Source: Mobula hypostoma
Lineage: Eukaryota
Direction: 5' to 3'
DNA length: 64,000 bases
Assembly (NCBI RefSeq): GCF_963921235.1
Contig: NC_086108.1
Span: 71,178,001 to 71,242,000 of the forward strand
A program made the translations under genes and the position numbers. The notes under the pieces were generated by a model, which did not search any database, was not told the DNA's origin, and worked only from the letters and a program-made list of their open reading frames with translations. Positions 25,901 through 40,900 of this stretch are shown piece by piece. Within the stretch, counting starts at the first letter, position 1. Each line of letters starts with the position of its first letter.

Positions 25901-28900
25901 TAACTCATTTTTTAGCAAGGCAGCATATGCCACACCATCTGCCAATGGACAAGAAATTCCCATTACGGCAATACCACCATCCCATTATTACCACGGAAAA
26001 GAGCAACTTCTTTTATTTTAGATCATCTGAAATCCACACCCAAACACAATGGGGCACCTTTCCGCCAACAACTATACACCACGAATGGAAGAAAATCAGG
26101 AGTACATTCTTCTCCAGTAGGGATAAGCAGAAGATCAAACAAATAGCAGTAAACAGCAAGGGTTATCAATTTCCAGTTATTTTCAAGTTTACTGTCATTC
26201 AACAGTATACTGCCAAATGAAACAATGTTTCTCTGGACCAAGGTGCACAGCAGAGTATATCTAACTCCCACCCAACACTAAGTAAATAAGCTGCATTTAC
26301 TACACCATTTCAAAAGTAAGTGGTCTAACACTACTGACACTTCATATGTGGTGAGACCTGGGCGGCTGCAGGGAGTTCAGTAATCCTACGGTCTGGGCAA
26401 GGCGAAGAAGCTGTTTCTCATCCTAACAGTCATTGTCCTAATACTACAGTACTTCCTGCCCAATGGTAGGGGGTCGAAGAGATTGTTGTACAGATGGGAG
26501 GGATTTGTACACACAACTCTCATGATAAACATCTCAGATGGGTGGAAGACAGACTCCGACAATCCTCTCAGCAGACCTCGCAATCCTTTGTAGGGCTTTG
26601 CGGTCAGATGACTTGCTACTCCTGTACCAGACAGGACACCCTCAATGGCGCTCCTGTAAAAATTTGGTCGGAATGCTGGCAGCGGGGAATCCTCGCTCTC
26701 CTCAATATCTTCAGGAAGTGGAGATGGTGATGTGCTTTCTTGACGAAGAGGTGCGATTGTCTATTATGTGCACTCCTAGAAACGTGGTGCTTCTAGCTCT
26801 CTCCATGGAGGAGCTGTTTATGTTCAGTGAGGAGTGGTCAGCCTGCACCTTCCTAAAGTCTTTATTCTTGTCCACGTTGACCATCAAGTTGTGCTTGCAC
26901 CATTCTCCCAGCCATTCACCTTGCTCTCTGTATGCTGTATTGGCATCGTTGTTGGTGAGGCCATCCACTGAATGAACCTTACAACGCGGACTGACTGGCC
27001 CTTCTGTCTCGAAACCCAAGATCCAGTTACAGAGAGGGGTGCTGAGACCCAAGGAGTACAGTTTACCCACAAGGATCTGAGGGATGCCGCGATGAAGTCG
27101 ATAAACGGCACACTGGTGTATAAGGCATAGAAACTGATGGGGTCAACAGTGTTCAGGTCATTAGGTCACCCAAAATTCCTTGATCTTGCCTTGGATCTCT
27201 TAACAGGCAGTATGGAACCCTAGATTGACATTCATCCAAAAGATGGTATCCATGATAGTGGTGGGATTCCCTCAGCAGTGCCCAACTTCTTAGCCTTCCT
27301 TCAATAGACAACCTGCTCAACCCAAGTGTCTTACATCTGTATTTTGTATAGCTAAATCACGTTACAGATGCAACTCTCCAAGCTCAGGAACCCTAATACA
27401 GCAAGTCAAGATTCCTTGAGAACTCATCCAAGTCCATTTTAATTGTATGAAGGATCCTGCCTCGAGCACCTTTGAGGCAATGAGTTCTAAATCCTGACGG
27501 TCCTGGATGGATATCACATCCTCCTCTGCCCTCCCTCCAACTCTTTTCTAAGCCTTTCCACCATTAACTACTTACTCAGAGATACAGCACTGTCACATGC
27601 CCTCTGGCGCAACAAGCTCGTACCACCCAACCCCACCCATGTGACCAAGTAATCTACTAGCCCATACATTTCTGAAACGTGGGAGGAAACAAGAGTGCCC
27701 AGTCAGAGGGAGGACGTACAAACTCCTTACAGAGAGGTGGCAATTGAACCAGGATCACTGGGGTGTAATGGCGTTAGTCTAACCACTACACTACCATGCT
27801 ACTGATGCCACTCATCCACAGAGAATATTGGTTCTGCAAATATCCCAAATATAAATTACAAAAAAAAACAAATACTATATTACGTAAGAAAAAAATTAGG
27901 CCATTTGGCCCATCAAGTCTGCTCCACCTTTCTATCATGGCTGATTTATTAACCCTCTTAACTCCGTTCTCCTGCCTTCTCCCCATAACCTTTGAACTTC
28001 CTGATTAATCAAGAACCTGACAATCTCTGCTTTAAATATACTCAATGACTTGGCCTCCAAAGCCATCTGTGGCAATCAGCTCCACAGATTCACTACTCTC
28101 TGGCGAAAGAATTTCCTGCTCTTCTCTGTTCTAAGTGGACGTCCCTCTATTCTGAGGCTCTTCCTCCAGTCCTAGACTCACCCACTACAGTGAACATCCT
28201 CTCCACATCCATTCTATCCAGGCCTTTCAATATTCGATAGGTTTCAGTCAGATTCCCTCACCCCCCTCATTCTTCTAAATTCCAGCAAGTACAGGCCCAG
28301 AGCCATCAAACACTCCTCACACATTAACCCTTTCTTTCCCAGAATCATCCTTGTGAACCTCCTCTGCACCCTCTCCAATACCAGCAATTTTTTCCTCAGG
28401 TAAGAGGACCAAAACTGCCCACAATACTCCAAATGCAGCCTGACCACTGTCTTAAAGCTTGAGCATCACATCCTTGCTCTTACATTCAAGTGCTCTTGAA
28501 ATTAATAGTGACATTACATTTGCCTTCTTAAACACTGACTTAACCTACAAGGTAACCTTTAGGGAATCCTGCATGAACACTCCCAAGTCCTTTTGCACAT
28601 CTGATTTTTTTGAATTTTCTCCCCATTTAGAAAACAGTCTACACCTTTATTCCTTCTACCAAAGTGCATGACCATACATTTCCCTACACTATATTCCACT
28701 TGTCACTGCTTTGTCCATTCTCACAATCTCAGCACATCCCTGCTTCCACAACACTACCTGCTCCTCCAGCAGTCTTCGTATCATCTGCAAACTTGGCCAC
28801 AAAGCCATCAATTCCGTCATCCAAATAACATATATAATGTGAAAAGAGATGGTCCTAACACCGACCCCTGTGGAACACCACTAGTCACCAGCAGCCAACC

Positions 28901-31900
28901 AGAAAAGGCCCTTTTTATTTCCACCCTTTGCCTCCTGCCTGCCAGTCAGCCAAGCATGCTGGAAACTTTCCTGTAATACCATGTACTCTTATCTTGTTAA
29001 GCAGCCTCATGTGCCGCACCTTGTCAGAGGCCTTCTGAAAATCCAAGTAAACAACATCCACCAACTCCTTTGTCTATCCTGCTTGTTTTTCCCTCAAAGA
29101 GTTCCAACAGGTTTGTCAGGCAAGATTTCCTCTTAAGGAAACCATGTGGACTTTGACCTAGTGCATTTGATCTTGTGTCTCCATGTACCCCGAGACCTCA
29201 TACTTCATATAATGGACTCCAAAATCTTCCCAACACTGAAGTCAAGCTAACTGGTCTATAATGTTCTTACTTCTGCCCCTCTCACTTCTTAAAGAGTAGG
29301 GTGACATTTGCAATTTTCCAGTCCACTGGAACCATTCCAGAATCTAATGATTATTGAAAGATCATTACTAAGACCTCTTCAATCTCTTTGTCTACCTCTT
29401 TAAGAACCCTGAGCGTAAGACCATCTGGTCCTGGTGACTTATGGTGACTTACCATCAGACCTTTCAGCTTACTGAGCAACAGCAACTACCCTCACTTCTG
29501 TCCCTGACACTCTTGAATTTCTGGCATTCTGTTAATGCATTCCACAGTGAAGACTGACCCAAAATATGTACTAAGTTCATTCGCTATTTCTTCGTCCCCA
29601 ATTGCTACCTCTTCAGCATCATCTTCCAGTATAATTTTGGCTCATTTGTGATCAGAAGCAAAACCAATAAACAGAACAATCAGAGTGTCACATTCACAAC
29701 TGCCACATCCTGAAATCAACACAAAAGCATAACTTCACAAGTGCTCAGTGTAACACACACGAGGCCGTGACAAATGTCTTAAGAGCTCTACTTGCCAGAT
29801 ACAGAATATCTGATGGAATTTTTACCTACAATGATTTATAAATGCTGAGTGGGGTGTGATTTAACAAAAAATATTCCATTTGTACAACTTCAAGTTCAAA
29901 TGCAGGCCAACCCGTAGGTGGATCCATGGGAAATGCATTTGGACTGCAATAAAAATATCACAAGAAAATCAGGGCATAAAAGGACTGGTAGACAAAGCAT
30001 TCTGCCAAAGGACAAGTTATGATTCATGGGAAGGGAAATGAGAAGCCACTTCCATCAAATTACCAATTGCTGGTAGGTCAGAGTTGGTACAGAATAGAAA
30101 GCTTATGTACAAGTACTATTTTGACAGCAATGACATTGCTGATCAAACTGGATTTAGAAATTACATCACTAGTGTGGAACGTTACCGCATGGCAAGCAGC
30201 AAATCCAAGATCACAACCACAAGGTACAATGCATAAGTGTAGAAACAATGAGGAATGGACTTCTTCATCAACTATCAAGGAACCAGTCATACCAAGTCCA
30301 CTGTTTTGACTCATCCAGAGAAAGGTGACCCAACTGGTAGACTGAATGTCTGTAAAACTTATGATAGTATTTGTAACGAAGCCACGTTTAATAAGAGCAC
30401 AGTCCTGAAACAAAGCTGTGATAATGCTGGTGTTTGGCTTTCCAGCAGGCTTAGCTTGCCACTGGCGCTAACATGCTTCACAGTGCATTGGCCGAGAGGC
30501 CTAGTTCTTGAGGGATCTCAACCACACTCATAATGCACACGACTGGGTTCCCCTGCAAACCGTGAGCTTCAAGGGGTTATCAGGAGAATGACTACAGGAT
30601 GAAGGACACATCCTTCATTATCTGGCCATCAGGTGGACAACTTAATTGCTCTGGTCACAATGTAATTAGATGGTTAAGGAATAGTGACCCTTTCAACTTA
30701 TAAAAGTAACAGTATTGGACCAGATGGCATCCTGGGAAGATAACATTAATTATTTTCAAATTGTTTCTCTTAAACAAGAAATTACATGTACTTCCTTAAC
30801 CAAAGATAGTTAGAAATTGTAAGTTTCTACCACACATAGTCAGCTTGGACTTGATGAGCCTGAGTGCCAGAGTCTGTAGTATGCAAATTCATCGCAACAT
30901 TATAGATAAAAATCCCTAAATTTCCTAAAGTAAGGAAGTTAGACACAAACTGAGAAGTCCTAAAGAGTATACGAACAGTACCCTTCTCTATTCAACCTTG
31001 GTTTTATGTCTGGGATTAGGATGTTAATTTAAATATAATTACATTTATTTATGAATGTAGAGCCAATGGAAAATGCATGAGGAAATTTTGTGCAGATATA
31101 AAATTTCCTCAAGTGTTAACTAGCTCTACTGAAAACAGCAATGAGTTGGAACTTGCAGGCAATTCAAAACCAAACTACAGGCTCTTAATCTCACTGTAAA
31201 TACCAGTGGTTCTGAACTTGCAGGCTGAGTTCTGCCAGTGTCTTCTCAGCTGGTTTCTTGTATGGCAGTTTACATTGAATCCAAATTCATTGTGAATGCA
31301 GTTGGCTACTTGCGCCTCCCTGTACTGCTGGCTGCTAGGCTTCCAATCGATAACTATACCAATCACCAAGCTGGAAAATACTGCATGGACCACAGGCATG
31401 TGGCTAGTGATCTTGGGGCAGTGATAGATCTGCCTCATTTTGTTACAACAAGAACATATTGTCTCCATTACTATATTACAAAAGAAAGATGATAATTGTA
31501 TAATTCCGCAGTGAGAAAGGGAAATATTGTGAGTTCATTATTGGATTTTATTCTTACTGTTAACAGCATAGAATGAGCTATAAACAAAATTAATCACCGT
31601 TACCACTCACATTGCAAAAATAATACACTGCAATCTATTATGCCAAAAACTCGTTGAGACCTGTTCTCATAAATAGGGGTTGAATGTGGATCAAAGGGGT
31701 CGTGATCATTCTATCTAGAGAGTTTATTTTCCATTTCACAGAGTGACCTTCCAAAGTTCAGGACATTAAGTTATGGTCTGTGATATGTTCAGATCAATAG
31801 TGATGGTTTCTCTACTGGTGCTGTTACAGCTACCACGTTGGGTAGTAGTATTGTACTCTAGGTCACAGGATCACAAAGCACTCTTACTTTCCGACAATGA

Positions 31901-34900
31901 TCATACAGGGATAACCCAATGCAAAGAGACTTTTAATTTAACCATGCTGAAGATAATATAGACATAAACTGTACCTTTCCCACTGTCAGAATTTGTTTCC
32001 TTCGTTTTTCGATTCTGATTTGGGGATTTTCCATTTTCCTGTTAAAATACAACAAAGTCTTTATTAAAGGAACATTCTCTTTTCACATATAACACAGTAG
32101 GGTTAATACGATAATGTTATTACTGATTAGAGCATTTGTTACAAGGTTACAATAAATTTAAGAAATAATTTATGTACTTGTGAATGTCTTTTTTCATTGG
32201 TACGCTTCAGAATGAGAGACGTGGACAATGCGTTTTCCCAGTCATCATTACACTGAGGGATCAGAGTAACATTTGTGCATCTTGCCAGAAATATCTTCCC
32301 TCTCATTGAGCAAAAAGTAATTTTTTTTAGTGCGAAAAGGGGTGCAGGATAATTGCCACAAACTATAAAGCAAGTGATAGATAAAAACTCCAATAAACTG
32401 TCATCACATTGATTAGAAATCCTGAAGCTTTGACAATTGGGTGGCGATGCTTCCTGTGCTTCCTTTCAATACACCAATACTTTATTACTCTCAAAAAACA
32501 AAATCTTCTGAAAAAAATTAGTAAGTTTTTTTTTTACAAGACCTTGAAGAATTTATGTGTCTTCTGAAACAAAAGACATTTAATTGCCAAATCCTGTATG
32601 TGCTGAGACTAATTTTCCAACTATTATTATAAATGAACAGAAATTTTCTTACAGGTGTGTTGAAAGTACCATCTGCCCAATGTTCCAACCAAATGTTTGC
32701 AGTTCAGTAGCGTTAAAGGCATTTTTCCTCAGTGCCCCAACAAGATACTTTGAGTTCCTCAGGAGATTTTCAGTACACCAGTGGAGTGAGGAGTTTAAAG
32801 TACCTTGTTGAAGCACTGAGGAATCTTGCCATTACTATATTAATCTCCTATAAGTATTCCAGCAATGTCATGCTCAGCATGCCCACATGCTTCGTGTCCC
32901 CACCAAAATGCTCAAATATCACTCTGTTTGACAGTAACCCTCATTATTATTTTACAAAGGATTTATAAGAAGCTAACAAGAGCCAATGTTAGTCCTTCAC
33001 ATAACTTGTCAATATTATCTTACATTTATGGTATGGAAGTTGATGCTCCAGTTAGAACTTGCCCTGGTTGGGATAAATCGGTCACCTGTCTTGCGAGGAA
33101 GGGTCGCTGGTGAGTTTGACGTTACATGTCGTGTACTCAAGGCAGACTGTTTCAAAAGAACATTCACATCAGTAGCAGTTATTTAAAATAAATAACTTAA
33201 ACTCAGAATCCATCTAATCTTGGGCATTATAAACAGAAGCTGTTCAGAAATAAAGATTGAGTGTATAGGGTACATTACCAGATAACAGTGTTGTGCAACT
33301 ATTGAATTATTAACCAGCTTAAAGATATATTAAACCCTTCACATGTGTGACATCCTCCAAATCACACTTCAACGCCATGTGGAAAAAAACATATGCATGG
33401 GTACATTTATGGAAATAATACCTGCTTTCCCCTAGGGCAACATTAATTATGCATACTTATTTTGTATATTTTTGTCTACATTATTGTAACTATTTTTCCT
33501 GTAGAGCTCAAGTCTTCCATCTTTGTTACAAAACAAAAATAAAAAGAACTCTTGCTGGACATCTGCGATAATGCAAAATGCTGGAGATACTCAACAGGTC
33601 AGTGGGAAGAAAGTAAGTTAACATCTCGGGACCATATAATAAACTGATCTGTTCTGATGAAGCATCATTGATGTGAAACATTTAATTTTGTATCTCATCC
33701 ACTGATCGCTTCCTGACCTGCTATGTCTTCACACTGTTCCCATGTATTGCTGTCTGTAGTGTCTTGAGTTGTGCATTCATTGAATTGCATTGTTCGAGAC
33801 CGAGATGACTTTGGTACAAAAAGTCTTGAGAAGTTGAACGTCCAATAAAATGGATATTACAAGGAATACTCCTCTTGGCTATTAATTAAATCATAACCAA
33901 TGAACACACCTCATGTTTATGGTATCCTCTCACAACTGCGTACTCATATCCTTGGCACCATCTCAGAATCGGAAGCAGAATCAGGTTTATTATCACTAAA
34001 TTTGCTCTTTTACGGCAGCAGTATAGTGCAGGACACAAGATTTTTCAAAAATATATATTTCGAAAGAATGTTGCGATTGTATCATTATTCTTCCTACTGA
34101 CGTTAAGTGGTCTAATCTCCAATTTATTGTTTTTGCTTTATCCTTTATCATCTCTCTTAAGCAGAAGTGTTAGTTATAGTTTCTTAAGTATAGCGTTAGC
34201 TTTGTAAACTTTTATCTGTTATAGGCACTAAAGCAACACAAATTATTAGAAAATAGAACCTATTCAATACAGAAATGGGCCTTTGTTCTATGATGTCTGT
34301 GCTGAACACAATGCTGTAATTAAACTAAATCTCTTCTGCCTGCTCATGATCCATATCCCTCTATTTCTTGTATATTCATGTGCTCATCTTGAAGATTATT
34401 AAACACCATTACTGTTTCAGCTTTCATCACTATCCTTAGCAGCCCATTCCAGATGCCTATCATTCCCTGTGTGAAAAAAATCTTGCCCCACACATCTGTT
34501 AAACTTTGCCCTCTCACTTAAATGCGCCTCCTCTGGTGTGTGACACTCACGTACATGGGTTCACCGTAAGCCTAACTGCTGAACTCAATTTAATTCCTTT
34601 AGGTGTTGCGATGCTGTGTTAGCATCGGAGAAAGTGAAAATTGCCTTTGTTAGTTATTCCCTCTCGATTGCAATCATTAAATTGCTTACTACTTCCTCCA
34701 AACAAACTTTTCCCTTCCTTTACCACCTACATTTCCAGCTCTGAGGGAAATGTTGCTACACAACTAAAGAAGTGATGTCAGTGGCAGGGATGAGCACAGG
34801 ATTGTAGTAGAATGAAGGAGTTTGCAAAAGAATAATGTAAATCTATTGAAGAACTTGTTAAACTCTACAGCAGCAGACCAGTGTCTACAGTAATGGAGAA

Positions 34901-37900
34901 ATTGGAGACAAGGACAATGGAAGGAATCAGATTTAGTGGGCTTTACTGAGATACAGCTGCTGAAAGAAAACAGTATTGGAAATTAAATGTTTCATGGCAT
35001 AATAGAATCATGAGAGACAAGTGAGGTGGTACAGCTAAATGTTCGCATGACAGTTGGATAAAACTATCATTAAGACATGTAAATTTCATACAGATGCAGG
35101 CAAATTATATACAGGATCAAACATACTACTGGGGCAGCTGACTGGCTAGAAGTGGCAATAAGACCATAGCAGTAGAATTAGGCCATTTGGCCCATCAAGT
35201 CTGCTCTGCCATTTCATCATGGCTGATCCAATTTTCCTCTCAAACCCAGTCTCCTGCCTTCTCTCCATACCCTTTCATGCCCCAACCAACCAAGAAATCT
35301 ATCAACCTCTGCCTTAAATATACATGAAGACTTGCCCTCCACAGCAGCCTGTGGCAAAGAAATCCACAGATTCACCACTAAAACAGACAATATAATGAAA
35401 CTCCCATTACATGCAGTATATTCTTTCAATTAATTAACTATGCAAGATAGGTAATGAGGGAACTAGATCTAGCAGTAATGAATGAACTTGAGCAGGTAAG
35501 GATGCTAACGAGAAAGGGTTAAGATGGTACTTGAGGACAGTACAATGAACAGAACTGGTAAATAATGATACAGAAGAGCACTGTAGACCATTTTTGAAAT
35601 GTGCTGAAAAACAAGAACCAATGAAAAAATTAATGAGACACAAAGATGACCCCAGAAGGGAAATGTTGAGGACTCTGCAGAGAGTGGTGCGGACTGCCCA
35701 GCGCATCTGTAGATGTGAACTTCCCACTATTCAGGACATTTACAGTGACAGGTGCGTAAAAAGGGCCCAAAGGATCATTGGGGACCCGAGTCACCCCAAC
35801 CACAAACTGTTCCAGCTGCTACCATCTGGGAAACAGTACTGCAGCATAAAAGCCACGACCAACAGACTCCAGGACAGCTTCTTCCACCAGGCCATCAGAC
35901 TGATTAATTCCCGCTGATACAATTGTATTTCTATGCTATATTGACTGTCCTGTTGAACATACTATTTATTACAATTTACTATAAATTGCACATAGACAGA
36001 TTTTTACTCCTCATGTATGTGAAGGATGTAAGAAATAAAGTCAATTTAGTTTAATTCAAAGTGACAGCAAGTACTGTAAGACAGATGAGAATAGACACAA
36101 TAAGATCAGAGGCCAAAAAGAGAATTAGGAAGATGGAGGAAAAATGAAATTAAATGTTTAAGGAACACAAAATATTTTACATACAGTATATAATTAGCAG
36201 GATAGGAAAAGAAATATTGACTGAAATACTTGATATAATCTCAGAAAGTAGGACATGAAATCACACAAACACACTTAAAAATATTAAATAGACAAATCAA
36301 ACTTGGAGGATAAACTGTTTTACAAGAAATTGTGAAGTCACAGAAATATTCAACAATTTGCTTAAAAATGGTGGAGCCCAAATGAGTGGTAGATAACTAA
36401 CACCTATACTTAAGGCAGACGATAAAACACAAGAGGTAAATTAGAGGAGAGCCTGATGTCAGTGGGAAGAACAAAATGATACAACCCACACTAAAGGGAG
36501 AAAAAAATGAAATATCCAGAAAGTAAAGACATAGAAATAAGTACTTAGCACATCAGATGCCAGAAGTGGCAAGAGCGATGTAGCCAATCCTCTTCTACCT
36601 CAGTTCCCTACCCTCCTCTCAGCTGCTGCATCCACAAAACCTAAGTCAGCATTCCCTTCTGTTCCTGAAAACTGTGCCCCTTTACTTCCAACCTTCTCCC
36701 AAATTGCTTCCAGTCAACTGAAAATCACATTCCCTCTACAGATTCCACAATCAGCCTACTGCTCAGCACAGCAGAGGCCTGTAGACTACTGTACAACCAC
36801 CCAAATTTTCATCCAGAAAGCCTCAGTTAAAGTATTGGTCGTCCACCGGATGCTGTCTGCTGTCAGCACATCACAGTAACTGGTGGGTTGATGGGTTCCT
36901 CCATGGTTGTCAACTGAGGGAAATGGGTTCCCGGAACCTTAACTGGTCAGTGCCACACTGGGATGTGAGAGGCACTACATCAGGACCTCTTTCAGCGAGG
37001 GAGATAAGTTGGACAGGGGTAATTATGGAGGGTTTTCCTGCTGTCTGCTGATGGTGAAGTCATCTCTAAGATCCTCCCAGGGGCAGCAGAGTTGACCCCA
37101 AATAATAATGAGGCTTTTCTCATCAAGAGATAGCATCAACATAATCTTCCTCATGTGACAAATGGAAAAGATATTGTAGTGGTAGCATTGACCACAGTGT
37201 TATCTCAGTGTCCATTCAGTGAGGTAGTGTTCATGGGTTTAATGTCCAGCAGACTTTGCCTGCTGTGTTTGCAGCATTTTCTGTGTGCACATCTTGCATT
37301 TCTGGTATCAGGCTTGTAGATCTTCTGAATTTAGTCCAATGCCTCCCTACTTTTTTGTAATATGGAGATCAGTCTGCATACAATATTCTAAATGTGGTTT
37401 AAGCAAGGTCTGACAAGCCAAGGCCCAATCAAGTCTCGCATAGTGTTTTTACCTTTCATTTATATACTACTGGTGCTTGGTTTGCTTTCTTAATGGGCTC
37501 CTGTTGTGCAGCACCCATTGTGAGTCTGGTGGGGCAGCTGACATGCTCCAATGATCTCCAGAGTAGGCATCGGATGTTGGTGGACTGGTCTGAGAAGGAG
37601 GCTGAACACAGCAGCCCCCACTGGACCTCCAGGCTGGGGGCCAGGCACAGGGCTAACAACCCTGCCCATTATGAAAACAAAGCATATTACAGAAAAGTGG
37701 TGGAGAAACTGACCAGCAGTGTGTGACAGATTAGTATGGTTGCCAATGGTGAAAGCTACAAGGACGTGACTGCCACAAAGAACGATGTGCTCAACATCAG
37801 AATCAGGTTTGTTAACACTGGCATGCATTGTGAAATGTGTTAGCTTAGCAGCTGCAGTTCAATGCAATATATGATAATATAGAAAGAAAAAAAACAAATA

Positions 37901-40900
37901 AATCAAATATAGTAAGTTTATACACATATATTAAATAGATTAAATACAGAAATAATATATATATTAAAAAAGTGAGGTAGTGTTCATGGGTTCAAAGTCC
38001 ATTCAGAAATTGGATGGCAGAGGGGAAGAAGCTGTTCCTGAAACACTGCGTGTGTGTGCCTTTAGGCTTCTGTACTTCCTTCCTGATGGTAACAATGAGA
38101 AGAGGCATGTCTTGGGTGATGGGCGTCCTCAATAATGGATGTTGCCTTTCTGAGGCACCCTTCCTGGAAGACGTCTTGGTTACTACAGAGGCTAGTACTC
38201 AAGATGGAGCTGACTAATTTTACAACTTTCTGTATCTTCTTTCGGCCTGTGCAGTAGTTTCCCAGATAGTAATGCAGCCTGTCAGAATGCTCTCAATGGT
38301 ACATCTATAGAAGTTTCGAGTGTTTAGTTGACAAACCAAATCTCTTCAAACTTCCCATGAAATTTCACCACTGCATCACTATGTTGGGATCAGATTAGAT
38401 CCTCAGAGGTCTTGACTCCCAAGAACATGAAAATGCTCACTCCCTCCACTCCCGATCCCTCTACGAGGATTGGTTTATGTTCCCTTGTCTTACCCTATCT
38501 GAAGTCCAAAATCCACCTGTACTAAATCACTCATCTTCTTGGTTCAGAGACAACGTTTAAAGCCACAAAAGGAAGCTTGGTCACAGCAGACGTGAGATAC
38601 GACATCTACATAAAGCAGCAAAATAACATTATGGAAGCTGTAAAGAGGAGCACCTTTCACCCTCAAATGCGATATAACAGGTAGAAAGTGGCCACTAACC
38701 TGAGGCACAACCTTAAGCACTGACCATGTTTGTATTTCAAGACCCGCTTTGCTCCTGTGTCCCACCCAGACTTGCACCCACCCAGTGAAAGAGTCACCTC
38801 CCTGCTCTTCCTTCCAAAGTGCATCTCCTTGCACAGACTGATAAAGAACCACATCAGCTAATTATCTGTGCAATCTGTTGGCTTAACGATATCTTTAGCT
38901 AAGGAAGTGAACCAGGAAATGGCTTTATTTAGTTAGTTTCGATGTCATACAGATGCTGCATCAGTCCAGTTGACAGACAACACCAGTCATCTGATCAGAC
39001 ACGGAACTTTAGAAACTTGATCACGTGGCATAAGTCCAGACTTCCTCCCCTCACCACCTATGACCAACTTAGGCTTGGTGTCTACCTATAGTGCACAAGT
39101 CTTTTAGATCCTTCCCTGAGTTTAGAGCAGATTGTAACGACTGGAAGCTTAAACTTGCCTCTATCTGCTAACCAGCCTTACCTCAAACAATGGGATTAGC
39201 AGCCACACTCACAGACATTCCCAAGGGGCAGAGAGGGTAGCACACATAATTCCCAAAACAAGTCCTAGTATAACAGTGAACAAGAAAATGTAAAGCGCAT
39301 ACTACCAAATTAAAAGCCTTCTGTAAAAATCTCCAATATCGACAGGGAATAAACATCATTTTAAGGCAGAAGATGAAAACTATAAATCTCTCCTCCACTC
39401 TTCCCAGTGCACAGGAAGATTAAGAATCAAAGTGCTTGAAAAGATGGGTGCTGTCAGAAATGTCTAAACTGAAACAGAATATCCTCATTCACGTCATTTA
39501 CAAACACAACTTATTGACGACATGCAACATGTAACAACATGCCACTGCTCAAAGCAGTCAGACGTGAGAGAGCAGCAGGAAATGAGGTCAGCATTTATGT
39601 TTTCACAAAAGCCTTGGAACAGATGCCACATTTTGGAAACAGAAATAAAGAAAGTATTCCCCCATTTGTATTTCCAGTGTCAGTCTTGAAATATCCCAGC
39701 ATTCTGTTTTGGTTCAAGTGCGTGGAGGCAATACAATGAGCGATCAATGCAAGGACGTTCAAAGCAGAGGGGAGGCAGTGCTGGTAAATGCTAGCACAAG
39801 ATGGTGGGGTGCCAGTGGGCATGCTGAACAAAGCTGAGAGGGGATTAGTGCAGAGATTATATTGAAGCAAAAGACAAAAAAATGACCATTATTTACCTTC
39901 TAAAATAAAGCAAAACCTACATTTCAAAGATAAATTGATTGTAGAAAGCATTTATGCTTTCTTCTAAAGAAAATAGTCGTTCAAGTATTTTTTTCTTTTT
40001 TCAACTGACATTACAGAATTATATTTCCAAATTAAAACAACAAATCTGATCAAATTTGCACCTAGCACTTGTCAGGATATCATTTCCATTTTCATTCCTA
40101 TGGTACTTTTATCTTCCTGGACCACAACAGGTCAAGACAAGGGAGCAGAATTAGGCATTTGGCCCATCGTGACTGTTCTGCAATTTGATCATGGCTGATT
40201 TATTTTCCCTCTCAACCCCATTATCCTGCTTTCTCCGCATAACCTTCACTGTCCTTACTAAGTACTATTACTTCTGCTTTAAATGTACCCAATGACTTGA
40301 ATGCCACAACCATCTGTGGTAATGAATTCCACAAATTCACCACCCTCTGGCTAAAGAGGTTCCATCTAATCTCTATTCTAAAGGGATTTTCTTATTTTCT
40401 GACACTGTCCTAGACTCTCCTGCTATTGGAAACATTCTCTCTATATCTACTCCATCAAGGCCTTTCAATAATCGGTAGGTTTCAATGAGACCCCCCCTAC
40501 CATTTTTCTAAACTCCAGTAAGTACAGGCACAGAGCCATCAAACACTCCTCATACATTAACCCTTTCATTCCTGGGATCAATCTCGTAAACATCCTCTGG
40601 TGTACCCTCTCCAAAGCCAGACATCCGTCCTTGGATACGGAGCTCAAAAGTGCTCACACTACACCAAATGTGGTCCAACCAATGCCTTATAAAGCCTCAG
40701 TGTTACACTCTTGATTTTATATTCTCGTCCTTTTGAAATGAATGCTAACATTGCATTTGCCTTCCCCATTACCGACTCAACCTGCAAGTTAACCTTTAGG
40801 ACTGATTGGCTCTGTTAGCATGTTCAGTGATGTACCAGAAACCCACTTATTAACTTTCAATCCATGAGCATTCAAGGTTCATCAGTCAAGCAGTGGAATA

